Assembly (NCBI GenBank): GCA_002269645.1
Contig: NIVC01003168.1
Coordinates: forward strand, 1 to 64,000
Direction of reading: 5' to 3'
From: Macrostomum lignano
Lineage: Eukaryota
Length of the DNA: 64,000 nucleotides
A model generated the notes under the pieces. The model did not search any database, was not told where the DNA came from, and was given only the letters and a program-made list of their open reading frames with translations. Made by a program: the position numbers and the translations under genes. Positions within the stretch are counted from its first letter, which is position 1; the number at the start of each line of letters is the position of its first letter. This document shows positions 26,956 to 38,527 of this stretch, piece by piece.

Positions 26956-27906
26956 CTTGGACTGTTTTGGAAAATCCTGCAGCAGTTGCGTCTGAGCAAA
27001 GACATGATAGAAAAATTGAAAGCTGCTTAACAAGCCGGCAGGATTAACTCACCAGAAGGCAATTGGTCCACCGTCTCTCTTGCTTTGGATTGGAGGAAGG
27101 AAAATACTTGTAAAAACTGACTGCCGTTGTTCCAGCTTTCAAAAACTGACTGCAATGATTTCTGTTTGAGAGCACATGGAGAGTGCAAAAAATAAATAGC
27201 AGATCATGATTGAAACCTACTTCTACATTTAGCTTACTTTGCAAGAAGAAAAAATACTGAAATATCTAAAATATCGAACTACTGAAATATCGACAACTAT
27301 ATTCAGCAAAGAAAAAGTTCAACCAGAGAAAACCCGAGACGCGGGGGCGCCCGCATGCCTGTTTTTGTCTTCCCAGTGTAGAAAGCTTTGTATTTTCTAC
27401 TTTGCAGGATTCAAATGGCATGTCTAGTCGATAAAAACCCCGTTTGAGATTAAGTAAAGCAAAGTCTTTAGGGGGGTTCTATTCGTGCAGTCCATGAGGT
27501 ACTCAATTGATGGCTGCCTAAACTCCGACGCCATGAGGCTTTGGACGGGTGCCAAAACTAATTAGCCACTATAACTAACTCCGCAAGCATCGCGTACTTA
27601 TCATCTGCAATAAGTTCCGTTTGAGAGCGATAACGTTTAAGTCTAATTTATGTCAGCTTCACGCCAAAAGGGATGGAACAAGGGAAACATATATGTTAAA
27701 TATCGAGATTCAAAAAAACTAATTCCCGGTTCAGATTAGCATTCCCGGTTGCCTGCACAGAGACTCTGAGTAATTTAGGCTTTTACGCTACAAGGATTTC
27801 AAACTATGCAGTGCCCTTTGTTGCCTGTAAACTCTGTCTTCTATCTAACTAGTGCTCGATCGCCTGAACCGAAAAATCTTTTTTAAACTTCAGAGCCTTT
27901 GATTGG

Positions 27907-28870
27907 GAGGTAGCAGAGCAGCTCAGCGGGAAGCGCGTCGGACTCTTGCGTCACGACACCCTGGTTCGCCTTGCGTCACGACACCTGGTTCGTTTTGCGT
28001 CACGACACCTGGTTCGTCTTGCGTCACGACCCCCTGGTTCGCCTTGCGTCACGACCCCTGGTTTGTCTTGCGTCACGACCCCTGGTTTGTCTTGCGTCAC
28101 GACCCCTGGTTCGTCTTGCGTCACGACCCCCTGGTTCGCCTTGCGTCACGACCCCTGGTTCGTCTTGCGTCACGACCCCCTGGTTCGCCTTGCGTCACGA
28201 CCCCTGGTTCGCCTTGCGTCACGACCCCTGGTTCGTCTTGCGTCACGACCCCTGGTTCGTCTTGCGTCACGACACCTGGTTCGTCTTGCGTCACGACCCC
28301 TGGTTCGTCTTGCGTCACGACACCTGGTTCGTCTTGCGTCACGACCCCTGGTTCGTCTTGCGTCACGACACCTGGTTCGTCTTGCGTCACGACCCCTGGT
28401 TCGTCTTGCGTCACGACCCCCTGGTTCGCCTTGCGTCACGACCCCTGGTTCGTCTTGCGTCACGACCCCTGGTTCGTCTTGCGTCACGACACCTGGTTCG
28501 TCTTGCGTCACGACCCCTGGTTCGTCTTGCGTCACGACCCCTGGTTCGTCTTGCGTCACGACCCCTGGTTCGTCTTGCGTCACGACCCCTGGTTCGTCTT
28601 GCGTCACGACCCCTGGTTCGAATCCGTGCGCAAACACATTCATTTGGGGCTTGTGTAAATGCACATAAATTGGCACACCCATGGGACAACCCCTCAAAGC
28701 AGAGAGTGTACATTTCTGACGATTAGACAGTCAGGACCGCAGTACACCCTGTGTGAGCGTGTGTACGAGTGCGTGCCTGCATACAGTATTGGTGCGCTTG
28801 TATGTCCCCAGGAGTCAGCGAAATGGGCAGAATTGCAAATATGCATAAGCATTGAATGCACTATATAATA
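27907..28870 (+). mobile_element. tRNA-derived SINE whose head is interrupted by a 24-bp minisatellite
   Basis: A-box-like AGCTCAGCGG near 27920. B-box GGTTCGAATCC at about 28615-28625. Body (AGAGTGTACAT...GTACACCCTGTGTGAG...AATGGGCAG) is shared with the SINE at 43698. Confidence 0.75.
27945..28619. repeat. 24-bp tandem repeat (CGTCACGACCCCTGGTTCGTCTTG), about 28 copies
   Basis: Directly visible array; it produces the overlapping [16 protein letters not shown] ORFs. Confidence 0.95.
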
Positions 28871-29427
28871 CACACAGCGCCTTTCATTGGCAGAATATTT
28901 TATGCTGCTAATGTCAATAATATCGATACCAGCTCAGAAATCCTACAACCCCAAGTTTGAGATCTTCGTCCTAATGGCGCCACCCAGCTAATAAAAGCCG
29001 TGGAGTATTGGGCTCGAAATAATTAAATTGTCATAAAGCTGAACAAAATTATAGTTTATTGGATTCAAAATGATCAGATCACCGCAAATAGAAGTGTTTT
29101 TATGTCAAAATATCAAAACACACGAATTCTATTGTATTTTTCTCATTAATAATGACTGTAATTTTTGTACAAGCAAGCGTGGGTTTGCGATAAAGAAAAT
29201 CGAGTAAAATAGCAACTCTAACCGGACTCGAAGAAATTTGGAAAAATGTTATGAAATATACAGCTAGCTAAATATCATTTATGAGAAATGCGAAAATTAA
29301 AGAAAAAATGAAGCATCGTTACATCACAATTGTATATTGTCAGCCCTACTTTGCAAGCAGGAATGGGAGTTTCCGAGGGAGCTCGAGGCTTCCCAGTTCT
29401 GCCCAACAAGGAGTCATATACCATTAG

Positions 29428-29888
29428 TATTCCATTTTGCGGCCCAGTTGGCACTGCAAGCCTTCAATTCAACCATAGATACGGAAATCAGACTGGCGAG
29501 ACTGAAAATCCTCTGTCTATGGTCGACACTCGCTGGCATAGCGGAGTTCAATCCAATCCTTGGGGCAACAATTTGATCATTCTATGATTTCAATGCACAT
29601 TTTTACTGTCATGGTAACTTGTTTTTAGCTTGATGGTCATTGGCTACGAGAGTGGCGAATCCTTGTCCTACAGAGCTGGTTGCAGAAGAAGCGAATTTTG
29701 TTTCAACACAGGATATCTAACGTTATATGATTAGAATGATCAAATTGATGCCCCAATGATTAAATTGAACTCCGCTATGCCAGCGAGTGTCGACCATAGA
29801 CAGAAAATCCTCAGTCTCGCCAGTCCGATTTCCGTATCTATGATTAAATTGAAAGCTTGCAGTACCAACTAGGCCGCAAAAAGGAATA
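29428..29888 (-). repeat. Long inverted repeat (157-bp arms, 147-bp spacer); candidate hairpin RNA or fold-back element
   Basis: Arms 29428-29584 and 29732-29888 align without gaps with 15 mismatches. No TSD found. Confidence 0.9.
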
Positions 29889-31118
29889 TCAGTTACTATT
29901 TTTTCAATTCGCAAAATAAGGAGTTTTGGCCATTGACATTTTTTAGATTTTATTCTTTCTTTCTTTGTCTAGAGTGCTGGTGTGCTTATGTAGGGGCTCC
30001 GCCCATACACCCCCGCAAGGGGGCTCAGCGCCACCTTGACCCCGCTTTCTTCTGACTTTGCCATATACATTTTCAGCGGGCCGTGAAACCGACTGAATGC
30101 ATTGGAGTAAATGGGATTTTACCATAGACAGTCTCAACGGGCCGTGAAACGCGGTTTCACGCCCGCTAACTATAACACTAGTATGGATGGGCCGCATCGG
30201 GCAGAAACGGGCTAACACTACTCGGCGCTACGCGCCTCGGCGTTATAGCTCATTTCTGCCCTCTGCAGCCCATCAATATGCATTATTAAGCAGCACTAAG
30301 CTTTACTTTTAAAATATACAAGTTGTAGAAACATTGTATGCATACGATTTTTTTTACTTATTGAAGTCGGCCATAGATTATTGCAGCGGGCGGGATCCCG
30401 TGCGTTTCACCGCGTTTCAGCACGCCTAGGCTAACTATAATTGTATTATTAGTAGGCTTTTTACCATAGATATTTGCCGCTGCTAGATGGGGTGCGGGGC
30501 AAGAACGTCCGTTAGGGGGTTGGGGGGGGGGAAGCCCCACATTCTAACCATAGACAATCGGGCACGCCTAAAGACTCACTGGCTTAAACTTTTAAATACT
30601 TAAAGCTTAAACGAATAGAAACAAAAATGGAGAAAAAACATGAGCTAGTATTTACACGCTTTACAGGATGAAGGTTAACTACTTAAAGTAGCCGAAAGAG
30701 AACATGAGTATAAAAATAATTATATATATGCATATTTTTCGAACCGTAGAGTCTAATAATATTTAGATCCGTAGTTCTAGAGTTGTATCACAAAATATAG
30801 CAGCGATGCGCATTCAGACTACTGCTGAAAAAACGTATCCGTCGGTTTTATTGTATAAGAATTATCAATGGCTGCAAGGTGTGGCAAATATTTTTTGGCT
30901 AATTGTGCCTGTCAGTTTCACAGTTATTGTTTTTGTACTGCGGGTATTAACACCAGCCGAAATAAGCAGTTATATCTATCATACTTGAGGCTGAAATTGC
31001 AGAATTGCAGACAATTAGAAATCCAAAAAGTAACTGTTAAGCTCTTAAATACATATATCAGACTGACACCTTTAAAGCCTTTAAATGCACACCACTCACC
31101 AAATTTAAGGCGTCAGTC

Positions 31119-32306
31119 TCAAGCTTTCCTATCATCCGAGTCCCAGCCATTATCTTTAATCAGGTGCGCCAGCTCGATAATGTATTTTCCCTCTTTGTAG
31201 CGCTGCGAGCTCTCAAAGGCGCGCTCGTATTTCCAGCCTAGTACGGTTCGACAGCCGTGACAGTAAATGTCCGCCACGCTGTGCAAGCCAGTGAGCAGCA
31301 GCCGCTCCTCCGCTGGACCAACAATCACGTTCACTACGCGATCGAATAGGTAGGCCCTGCCCTGGCTGCCCTGTGGGTCGGAGAGATTGGCTGCTCTGAC
31401 TAAACAGTGTCTGAATTTAATAGGCTAGCTCCTATACAAGGACTGCTGGAATGCTTAGTCGGGGAAGGAAGTGAGGTGGCTGGCTGGACTGGAGATGCGG
31501 GAAGGGAAGGGAGTTGGATGGCTGGCTGGATTGGAGATACGGGGGAGTGGGGTGGCTGGCTGGACTGGAGATGCGGGGAAGGGAAGGGAGTGGGGTGGCT
31601 GGCTGGACTGGAGATGCGGGGAAGGGAAGGGAGTGGGGTGGCTGGCTGGACTGGAGATGCGGGAAGGGAAGGGAGTGGGGTGGCTGGCTGGACTGGAGAT
31701 GCGGGTAAGAGAAGGGAGTGGGGTGGCTGGCTGGACTGGGATGCGGGTAAGGGAAGGGAGTGGGGTGGCTGGCTGGACTGGGATGCGGGGAAGGGGAGTG
31801 GGGTGGCTGGCTGGACTGGAGATGCGGGGAAGGGAAGGGAGTGGGGTGGCTGGCTGGACTGGACTGGAGATGCGGGGAAGGGAAGGGAGTGGGGTGGCTG
31901 GCTGGACTGGAGATGCGGGGAAGGGAAGGGAGTGGGGTGGCTGGCTGGACTGGAGATGCGGGGAAGGGAAGGGAGTGGGGTGGCTGGCTGGACTGGAGAT
32001 GCGGGGAAGGGAAGGAAGTGGGGTGGCTAGTTTGGATGGAAAGATTTAATGTGCCAGTGTTCACAAGTAAGCAAGCCCAGCCAGCCACTATGAAAGAGTT
32101 GCTAATAATTCAGCAAGCCTTACATGAAAACTCTTGCTAATTAGGTCAGCATGAGCAGCCAGGTGAGCTCGGCAGTGCATGCAGGCATAGGTGCGCTCGC
32201 AATCGCCATTGGGCGACAACTGGTCAACACCACTGACACTGCTGCAGACTTGACCATTGCCACTGTTATTGCCTATGTCAAGATAAACTTGAAATGTCCT
32301 GCCCAT
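31119..32306 (-). CDS. YPEL: Yippee-like zinc-binding protein (YPEL1-4 type), 144 aa plus stop
   Basis: Exon 32124-32306 ([12 protein letters not shown]...LISKSFH) and exon 31119-31370 (GSQGRAYLF...[53 protein letters not shown]), joined by a phase-0 GT-AG intron. Confidence 0.96.
31455..32030. repeat. About 43-bp purine/G-rich intronic tandem repeat in the YPEL intron
   Basis: Unit GGGGAAGGGAAGGGAGTGGGGTGGCTGGCTGGACTGGAGATGC, about 13-14 copies. Confidence 0.93.
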
Positions 32307-34716
32307 TGACAGAGTGTAATACAATATGCAGTCCAGAACAAGATGAGACTCAACTGATGAAACACTGGACTAAGTGCACACCTGGTCTTCCAGGTAGATA
32401 TACACATGCATTATAAAAAAACCAATGAAATTTTCTTTAATAGATGAACAATAGGCAACATTCAGTTAGTACATGCATAATGTGAATAAAATTCTTATTA
32501 AAACCTGCTTCAATAGGTTTTTGGTTATTAAAAAATTGAAGATATTTTTGACTATAGAGAAATTTAAACCCAACTATAATTATATTAATAATTGACTATT
32601 TTTGCTGTACTAGAATTGAGCAATCTAGGCACACAAAATTCAAGAACACAGGCAAACTTTTTGCTGCATACCTTCTTAAACAAGCATCAAATTGTCAACA
32701 CTCGACCATTAAGACACTAAACCATTCTATTAGAAGGTCTTATTGTTTTTTTATAAATGCAAAAAAATATAAATAAATTATCAAAGGGATTGTCCATTTT
32801 GTTATTTTTGTTTTTAAATAGCTGATTAAATATTTGTTAGAGGCTAAGATTAAACTAAACTAATTATTATATTGAATATTTGGCTTATTATACTACTAGC
32901 ATCAAAATTATTTTCTATAATTTATCTATAATTTCTATTTTCTATATATTAATATTTACCAATTGACTATCATATTTAGCAATTATTATAATTAGATGTA
33001 TCAACTTCTATACTTAAAATTTCTAAATATTAACTCTTTTATAACAAAATCATAAATATATAACTATCATCCCTTTTACTCATAGTTATATTACTGTCTT
33101 TCTAGATCAAGGTAGATCCAAGGGGCCATGGACCCTACTTAGCTAGGGCCAAAACATTTAAACCATATATTTACATTATTATTTTTTTTACCTAATATAT
33201 GTATCACTATTAAAATGACTTAGTAATTTTAATATAGATATAGATTGGTCCCTTTCCTTAATTTTGTCTCTAAATTTCCAAAACTAATTAAAAGTCTAAT
33301 TTTGTCTTGAAACAAGTGCTCTTACAAGCCCATGAATAGGCCCAAAGTTTAGGTGCACAAGACGAACATATGATATTACTCAGACTACTTATACGATGCT
33401 ACAAAATCCGAACAACTTGGGCCGGAATAAAAATTTGAGTGATCGCGGCTTTCAAATTAGTGCTATTTTGGTTGCTGCTCCAACTTGATTAAAACACATG
33501 CTTTGAAGGTAAAAATCCAAATGAGTTTGAGTAGGCCTAATTGGTCCAGGAGTGAAAATTGAAATGCAAAGCACCACGCTGTCGTTGGCAAGACGTATGT
33601 ATCCTATTCAATAAAGAAGTAATATATATATAGAGTCCGTTGTTTTAGATCGATTGGAGATCTTGCGTAGCTGGCGAATACCACTTACATTATTGTATCT
33701 CTGGAATTGCATTAGCTATTGATCCTTTTGATATGCACAAAATTATTAAGCGAATGCGTTTTAGCTATAGCCAATGCGGGTTAGTCGACGCGGCCGGAAT
33801 TTTGTAACAGGAATTAAAAAATAAGATACATGCATGTATTTGCCAACAACCAAAGGAGGAATGGGCCGGTGCCCTGCTGGGGATCTTACGCGATCAAGAG
33901 TAAAAACTGGAACGAGGGGCGATTTCGGACATACGAGCGTAGACATAAAACGATGCCCCGGCCCTTCTAACTTGAATACCAATTTATGCACAACACGTCG
34001 AATTAATGTAAGTATCTTTCGTAGCTACATGCCTCTCCGAGTTGCAGCTTGTCTGCAATCACCGCCACACGTGGCTTGTGTATGGCCAATAGCAAAACCT
34101 TTAGAAAGTCGCATCATATACGATGTAGACAATGTCGATATATCGATGATAACCTTGATCAAGGCGTTCGATCTTCTGAGCGGCCAGAGCATGTACAATT
34201 TCCTCTTTGTGTAGCACTATACACCATTCTCACACGCTGTGGTCAAACGATGGAATGCACAACAGCGTGGTCCGTTGCGAATGTTTATGGTTAGTATAAG
34301 ACTCGCCATTGATTCATGTTTGAAATTTTCATTTGTGCTCTATAGACCAATGACCGATGACAATGACGCTCTCTCAATCCTTTAAAGCTACTTCTTAATA
34401 TGATCTTTGAAATGCGCATTTAAAAGCGCTGATAGAGTTTATACATGTACGCTCGTATACATGTATCACTACCTCACTATATATATAACATCTGTGCTTA
34501 CACCAGAAAGAATTTACTTGGATTTTGGTCTCTTGTCTACATTTAGTTAACTCGCACTGGTCTGTGAAACTTGGGCTACTATATGCACGTACTGTAATAA
34601 GTCTTTACTTCATGTAGACATACGGTATACGTGTGCATTATGAGGGTCATGGTTGATCGATTAATGATCAAGTTTTTCGATGCAATCAGTGCCAGCATTA
34701 CAACTATCTGTGACGC

Positions 34717-34955
34717 CAGTGGCGGATCTAGAGTTTCATTTGGGGGGGGGGCGGTCCAAGTTTGGGGCGCCAACACGAGTGTAAGGGGCGCCAATTTTTA
34801 AGCTAGGGGGCGCAAAAATGCGTGTAGAGGGCGAAAAATCAAGTTTAGGGGGCGCAAAGTTAGGTTTTTGGGGGGCGCAATATGTTCGGTCAAGCTATTT
34901 TTGAGGGGCGATAGCCCCCCGACCCCCCCCCCCCTCCCTCCTAAATCCGCCCCTG
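34717..34955. mobile_element. hAT-type MITE (239 bp)
   Basis: TIRs CAGTGGCGGATCTAG and CTAAATCCGCCCCTG. 8-bp TSD TGTGACGC / TGTGATGC (7/8 match). The 8-bp TSD and CAG start are typical of hAT elements. Confidence 0.85.
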
Positions 34956-35475
34956 TGTGATGCTCAATGTCGTAGTTATGCCAAATTTACCACAAATGAA
35001 ACAAATTACAGGCAAAATTCAAGATCGATAATGTAATCTAACAGAGCATGTGTGCGTTAATTGGTGCGCAATGCAGTATAGTATACAACAGACAGTTAAT
35101 ACGTGCGGATTGTAGATGCTGATAAAAATGAGTACGAGCTAAAGCCTACTCGCGTGCAATCTAATTATCATAGGTAGATAAGTTCACTGAGGTGTTACGT
35201 GAATTAGATTATTGTAGAACAACATCTTGTGTTCTACTATACATGTACAAGCCATTGATAGTTTCACTCGAAAGTTCTTTATACAGCAGTAGTATATAGA
35301 GCGAAAGAAGTCATTGAAAATCATAAAAAATCGCGAAAAAATAAAAACCGAAACTTAACATTCAATTCGAAACGTACAGTTGGTTACAGTTTCATTGCTT
35401 CACTTATTCGATTCCGGGCATGCCTATACTCCTGCTCTAATCCAATGCAGCTAAGCAGTAATGGCAACAGTTTTA

Positions 35476-37317
35476 TCAGGCAATCTCGATAGCAGCCGCC
35501 TTCTCTAGGCCCAGCTCCTTGATCACGTCCTCCCTGAGCTTGAACTTCTGCACCTTGCCGGTGACGGTCATGGGGTACTCGTCTCTAAACAGAACGTAGC
35601 GCGGGATCTTGAAGTGGGCGATTTCATCCTTGCAGTAGGCTTTGAGCTCCGCCTCTGTCAACGACATTCCAGGCCGTAGACGGACGACAACGCAGAGCTC
35701 CTCGCCCATTCGTTCGTCTGGTACTCCGACGATTTGGGCGTCAGCGATGGCTGGATGGCCGTGCAGAAAGTTCTCAATTTCTACCGGGTAGATGTTCTCC
35801 CCGCCGCGGATGACCATGTCCCGGATTCGGCCTCGAATGTGACCGTAACCGTCAGCATCCAGAAAGCCGATGTCACCGGTGCGGTACCAGCGGTCCTCGC
35901 CGATCACCTCCGAGGTCTTCTCGGTGTCGTTGAAGTAGCCGCGCATCACCGCATAGCCACGGATGCAGATTTCGCCGCGCTGTCCAATTGGCAGCGCGCG
36001 GCCCTCCGGGTCTGCGATTTTCACCTCCATGTGCGCCGACGGACGACCAACTGAGGCCGTCCGCTTCTCCAGACTGTCGTCCGGCATGCCCTGAAACGTG
36101 ACAGGGCTGTTCTCCGTGGTCCCGTACGCAATGGTCACGCGGTCCATGTGCAGCTCGGACACGATTCGGCGCATCACCTCCACCGGACAGGGCGATCCGG
36201 CAATAATGCCAGTTTGCAGCGACCGGAGATTCCGCTTGCTAACGTCAGGCTGGGACAGGATGTCGATGAACATTGTTGGCGTGCCATAGAGCGCCGTGCA
36301 CTTTTCCGCCTCCACAGTGCTCAAAGTAACCGCCGGTTCGAAGCTGGGCGACGGATAGATGCAGGTTGCTCCGTGCAGTACAATCTGCAGGTTGCCAAGG
36401 CCCATGCCGAAGCAGTGATAGAACGGCACCTGAACGCAGATGCGCGCCACGTGTTTGTGGAATTCGCACCGCATGCCGACGAAGTACGCATTGTTTAGAA
36501 TATTGTGATGCGTTAGCGCCGCTCCTTTCGGACTGCCTGTAGTGCCCGAGGTGAACTGGATGTTGATTACGTCGTCCATTTGCAGGCGCTCGGCGAGTTT
36601 GTGAAGCTGCTTCTCGGTGTTGGGATCGGCGCCTCCGGCTCGACACACTTCATCGTACAGGAAGGCACCCGGCCGCTCCTCCTGACCCATCATCACCACG
36701 TGAGACAGCGAGGGCATGACCGAGCTTGACAGGCCGCCCACTCGCGACTTTGGCAGCTCCGGGCAGAGTTCACACAGCATTGCGTAGTAATCGGACGTCT
36801 TGAAGTTGGGCGCCGAGACCAGGGCTCGAATGCCGACTCGGTTGACGCAGTACTCGAGCTCGTGCGGCCGGTAGGCCGGGTTGATGTTCACCAGCACCAG
36901 CCCAGCCTTGGCAGCGGCAAACTGAGTGGTGACCCACTCTCGACTGTTTGGTCCCCAAATACCCAGCCTATCGCCCGGGTTCAGGCCCAGCGACAGAAAG
37001 CCTCTGGCTAGTTGGTCAACTTCGGCACGGAACTCCGCCATAGTGCGGCGCTGCGGCTCGCTGCCGTCCCGACCGCCGCCGAAACGAAACACGAAGGCCT
37101 CCCGGTCGGGATTTTTAGCGACCGCCACGTCCAGCAGCTGGCCAATCGTGCCGCCCATCAGCGGGATGTCGGTCGGGCCGCAGGCGTAGCTTAAGCGCTC
37201 CGGCGGCGGCGAAGGCAACTGCTGGCAGTGCAGGCGGCTGCCCAGCGACAGACGACGCAGTGTCCTGGCAGCGACTGTCACCGATGCCAGCAACCTCGTG
37301 CTGATCGTTGATGCCAT
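35476..37317 (-). CDS. ACSF2: Medium-chain acyl-CoA synthetase, ACSF2-like (mitochondrial), single coding exon, 613 aa
   Basis: AMP-binding motif INIQFTSGTTGSPKGA, plus YGTTE, WYRTGDIG, RDMVIRGGENIYP and TVTGKVQKF. Arg/Ser/Leu-rich N-terminus resembles a mitochondrial presequence; the first ATG after the upstream acceptor is at 37317. Confidence 0.93.
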   Translation of the reverse strand: MASTISTRLLASVTVAARTLRRLSLGSRLHCQQLPSPPPERLSYACGPTDIPLMGGTIGQLLDVAVAKNPDREAFVFRFGGGRDGSEPQRRTMAEFRAEVDQLARGFLSLGLNPGDRLGIWGPNSREWVTTQFAAAKAGLVLVNINPAYRPHELEYCVNRVGIRALVSAPNFKTSDYYAMLCELCPELPKSRVGGLSSSVMPSLSHVVMMGQEERPGAFLYDEVCRAGGADPNTEKQLHKLAERLQMDDVINIQFTSGTTGSPKGAALTHHNILNNAYFVGMRCEFHKHVARICVQVPFYHCFGMGLGNLQIVLHGATCIYPSPSFEPAVTLSTVEAEKCTALYGTPTMFIDILSQPDVSKRNLRSLQTGIIAGSPCPVEVMRRIVSELHMDRVTIAYGTTENSPVTFQGMPDDSLEKRTASVGRPSAHMEVKIADPEGRALPIGQRGEICIRGYAVMRGYFNDTEKTSEVIGEDRWYRTGDIGFLDADGYGHIRGRIRDMVIRGGENIYPVEIENFLHGHPAIADAQIVGVPDERMGEELCVVVRLRPGMSLTEAELKAYCKDEIAHFKIPRYVLFRDEYPMTVTGKVQKFKLREDVIKELGLEKAAAIEIA

Positions 37318-38134
37318 GTTTTTCACCGCTGCTGCTGGCTTCTGGGAGAAGCAGATAAACAGTGAGTAACTCACCTTGTATTCGTTTCCGCTCTTCTCTA
37401 GTCCTGGTCCTTCTGTATTTTAACCTGGCATTTATTCTAGCAAAATGCACGTTTGCAATGAAAAGCTCTTTTGTTGGAGGTTTAGGGTGGCTGGCTTTGT
37501 CACTGAGTGTACATTGGGCAGATACAGTACTGACCGCGGAGGCTTCAGGTAAAGAGGGGACGGGGTAGAGGCTATCACGTGATGCCCGTGTGCGGTCTCT
37601 CTCTCTATTTCTCTAATTAGTACTTTTCAGTGTGCAAAATGTAAAATGTAAATCCAAAATGTGCAAAAAAGGGTCTATTTTTTAAGCCGGGGGTGAGAGT
37701 GTGAGAAAAGTGTGAGTGAGCATTGCTGAAAAAGCAAATTCGCACAACGAATGCTCTTCAAAGCGGGCAGAAGAAAAGGCCAGTCAGAAGTGCAGAAATA
37801 CAGTAAAAGTGCAGTCAGATGCTGTAGTTTTTTTTTAATACCCAAGAAGCTTAGGGGCAGTTTTGTTTTTTTTTACTTTTAGATGTTGCGCTGAAAGCTG
37901 GTTGCGTATTGAATTACGAGTTGAAGGTTAATTGACAGGCTGGGACCGTCAATTAGAGTTAAAATTGTCAGTTTGCTTGAGTGGCAGAAGTTTTAAGCTG
38001 GATAAAGTAAAGTCATCTAGGCTCGTGTGCGGAGAGCATCATTCTTTAAAGATATGATTGAAGATATAGTTGTACTAGTTGGTAGAGGTCATTCCTAAAC
38101 AGAAGATCAACAAGCCGCTTGTTGGTGGCAGATC

Positions 38135-38527
38135 TGAAGGGTATCATCCAGATCTGAAGGGCATTATCTAGAACTGAAGGGTATTATTTAGAACTGAAGG
38201 GTATTATCCAGTTCTGAAGGGTATTATCCAGAACTGAAGGGTATTATCCAGATCTGAATGGTATTATCCAGATCTGAAGGGTATTATCCAGAACTGAATG
38301 GTATTATCCAGATCTGAAGGGTATTATCCAGAACTGAAGGGTATTATCCAGAACTGAATGGTATTATCCAGATCTGAATGGTATTGTCCAGATCTGAAGG
38401 GTATTATCCAGATCTGAAGGGTATTATTCAGATCTGAAGGGTATTATTCAGATCTGAAGGGTATTATCCAGATCTGAAGGGTATTATTCAGATCTGAAGG
38501 GTATTATCCAGATCTGAAGGGTATTTT
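38135..38527. repeat. 20-bp tandem repeat (GAAGGGTATTATCCAGATCT), about 19 copies
   Basis: Directly visible array. Confidence 0.95.

Noticed and set aside
29985-30560. GC-rich patches with recurrent CCATAGA motifs and small hairpins, as a possible transposon end or Helitron terminus
   Set aside because: No matching opposite terminus or TSD could be identified.
33761-34294. Short ORFs between YPEL and the MITE
   Set aside because: They show no domain similarity, codon bias or splice structure.
37115-37450. Upstream ORF as an N-terminal extension of ACSF2
   Set aside because: Splicing of the 33-nt intron joins it in a different frame from ACSF2, so it does not extend the protein.
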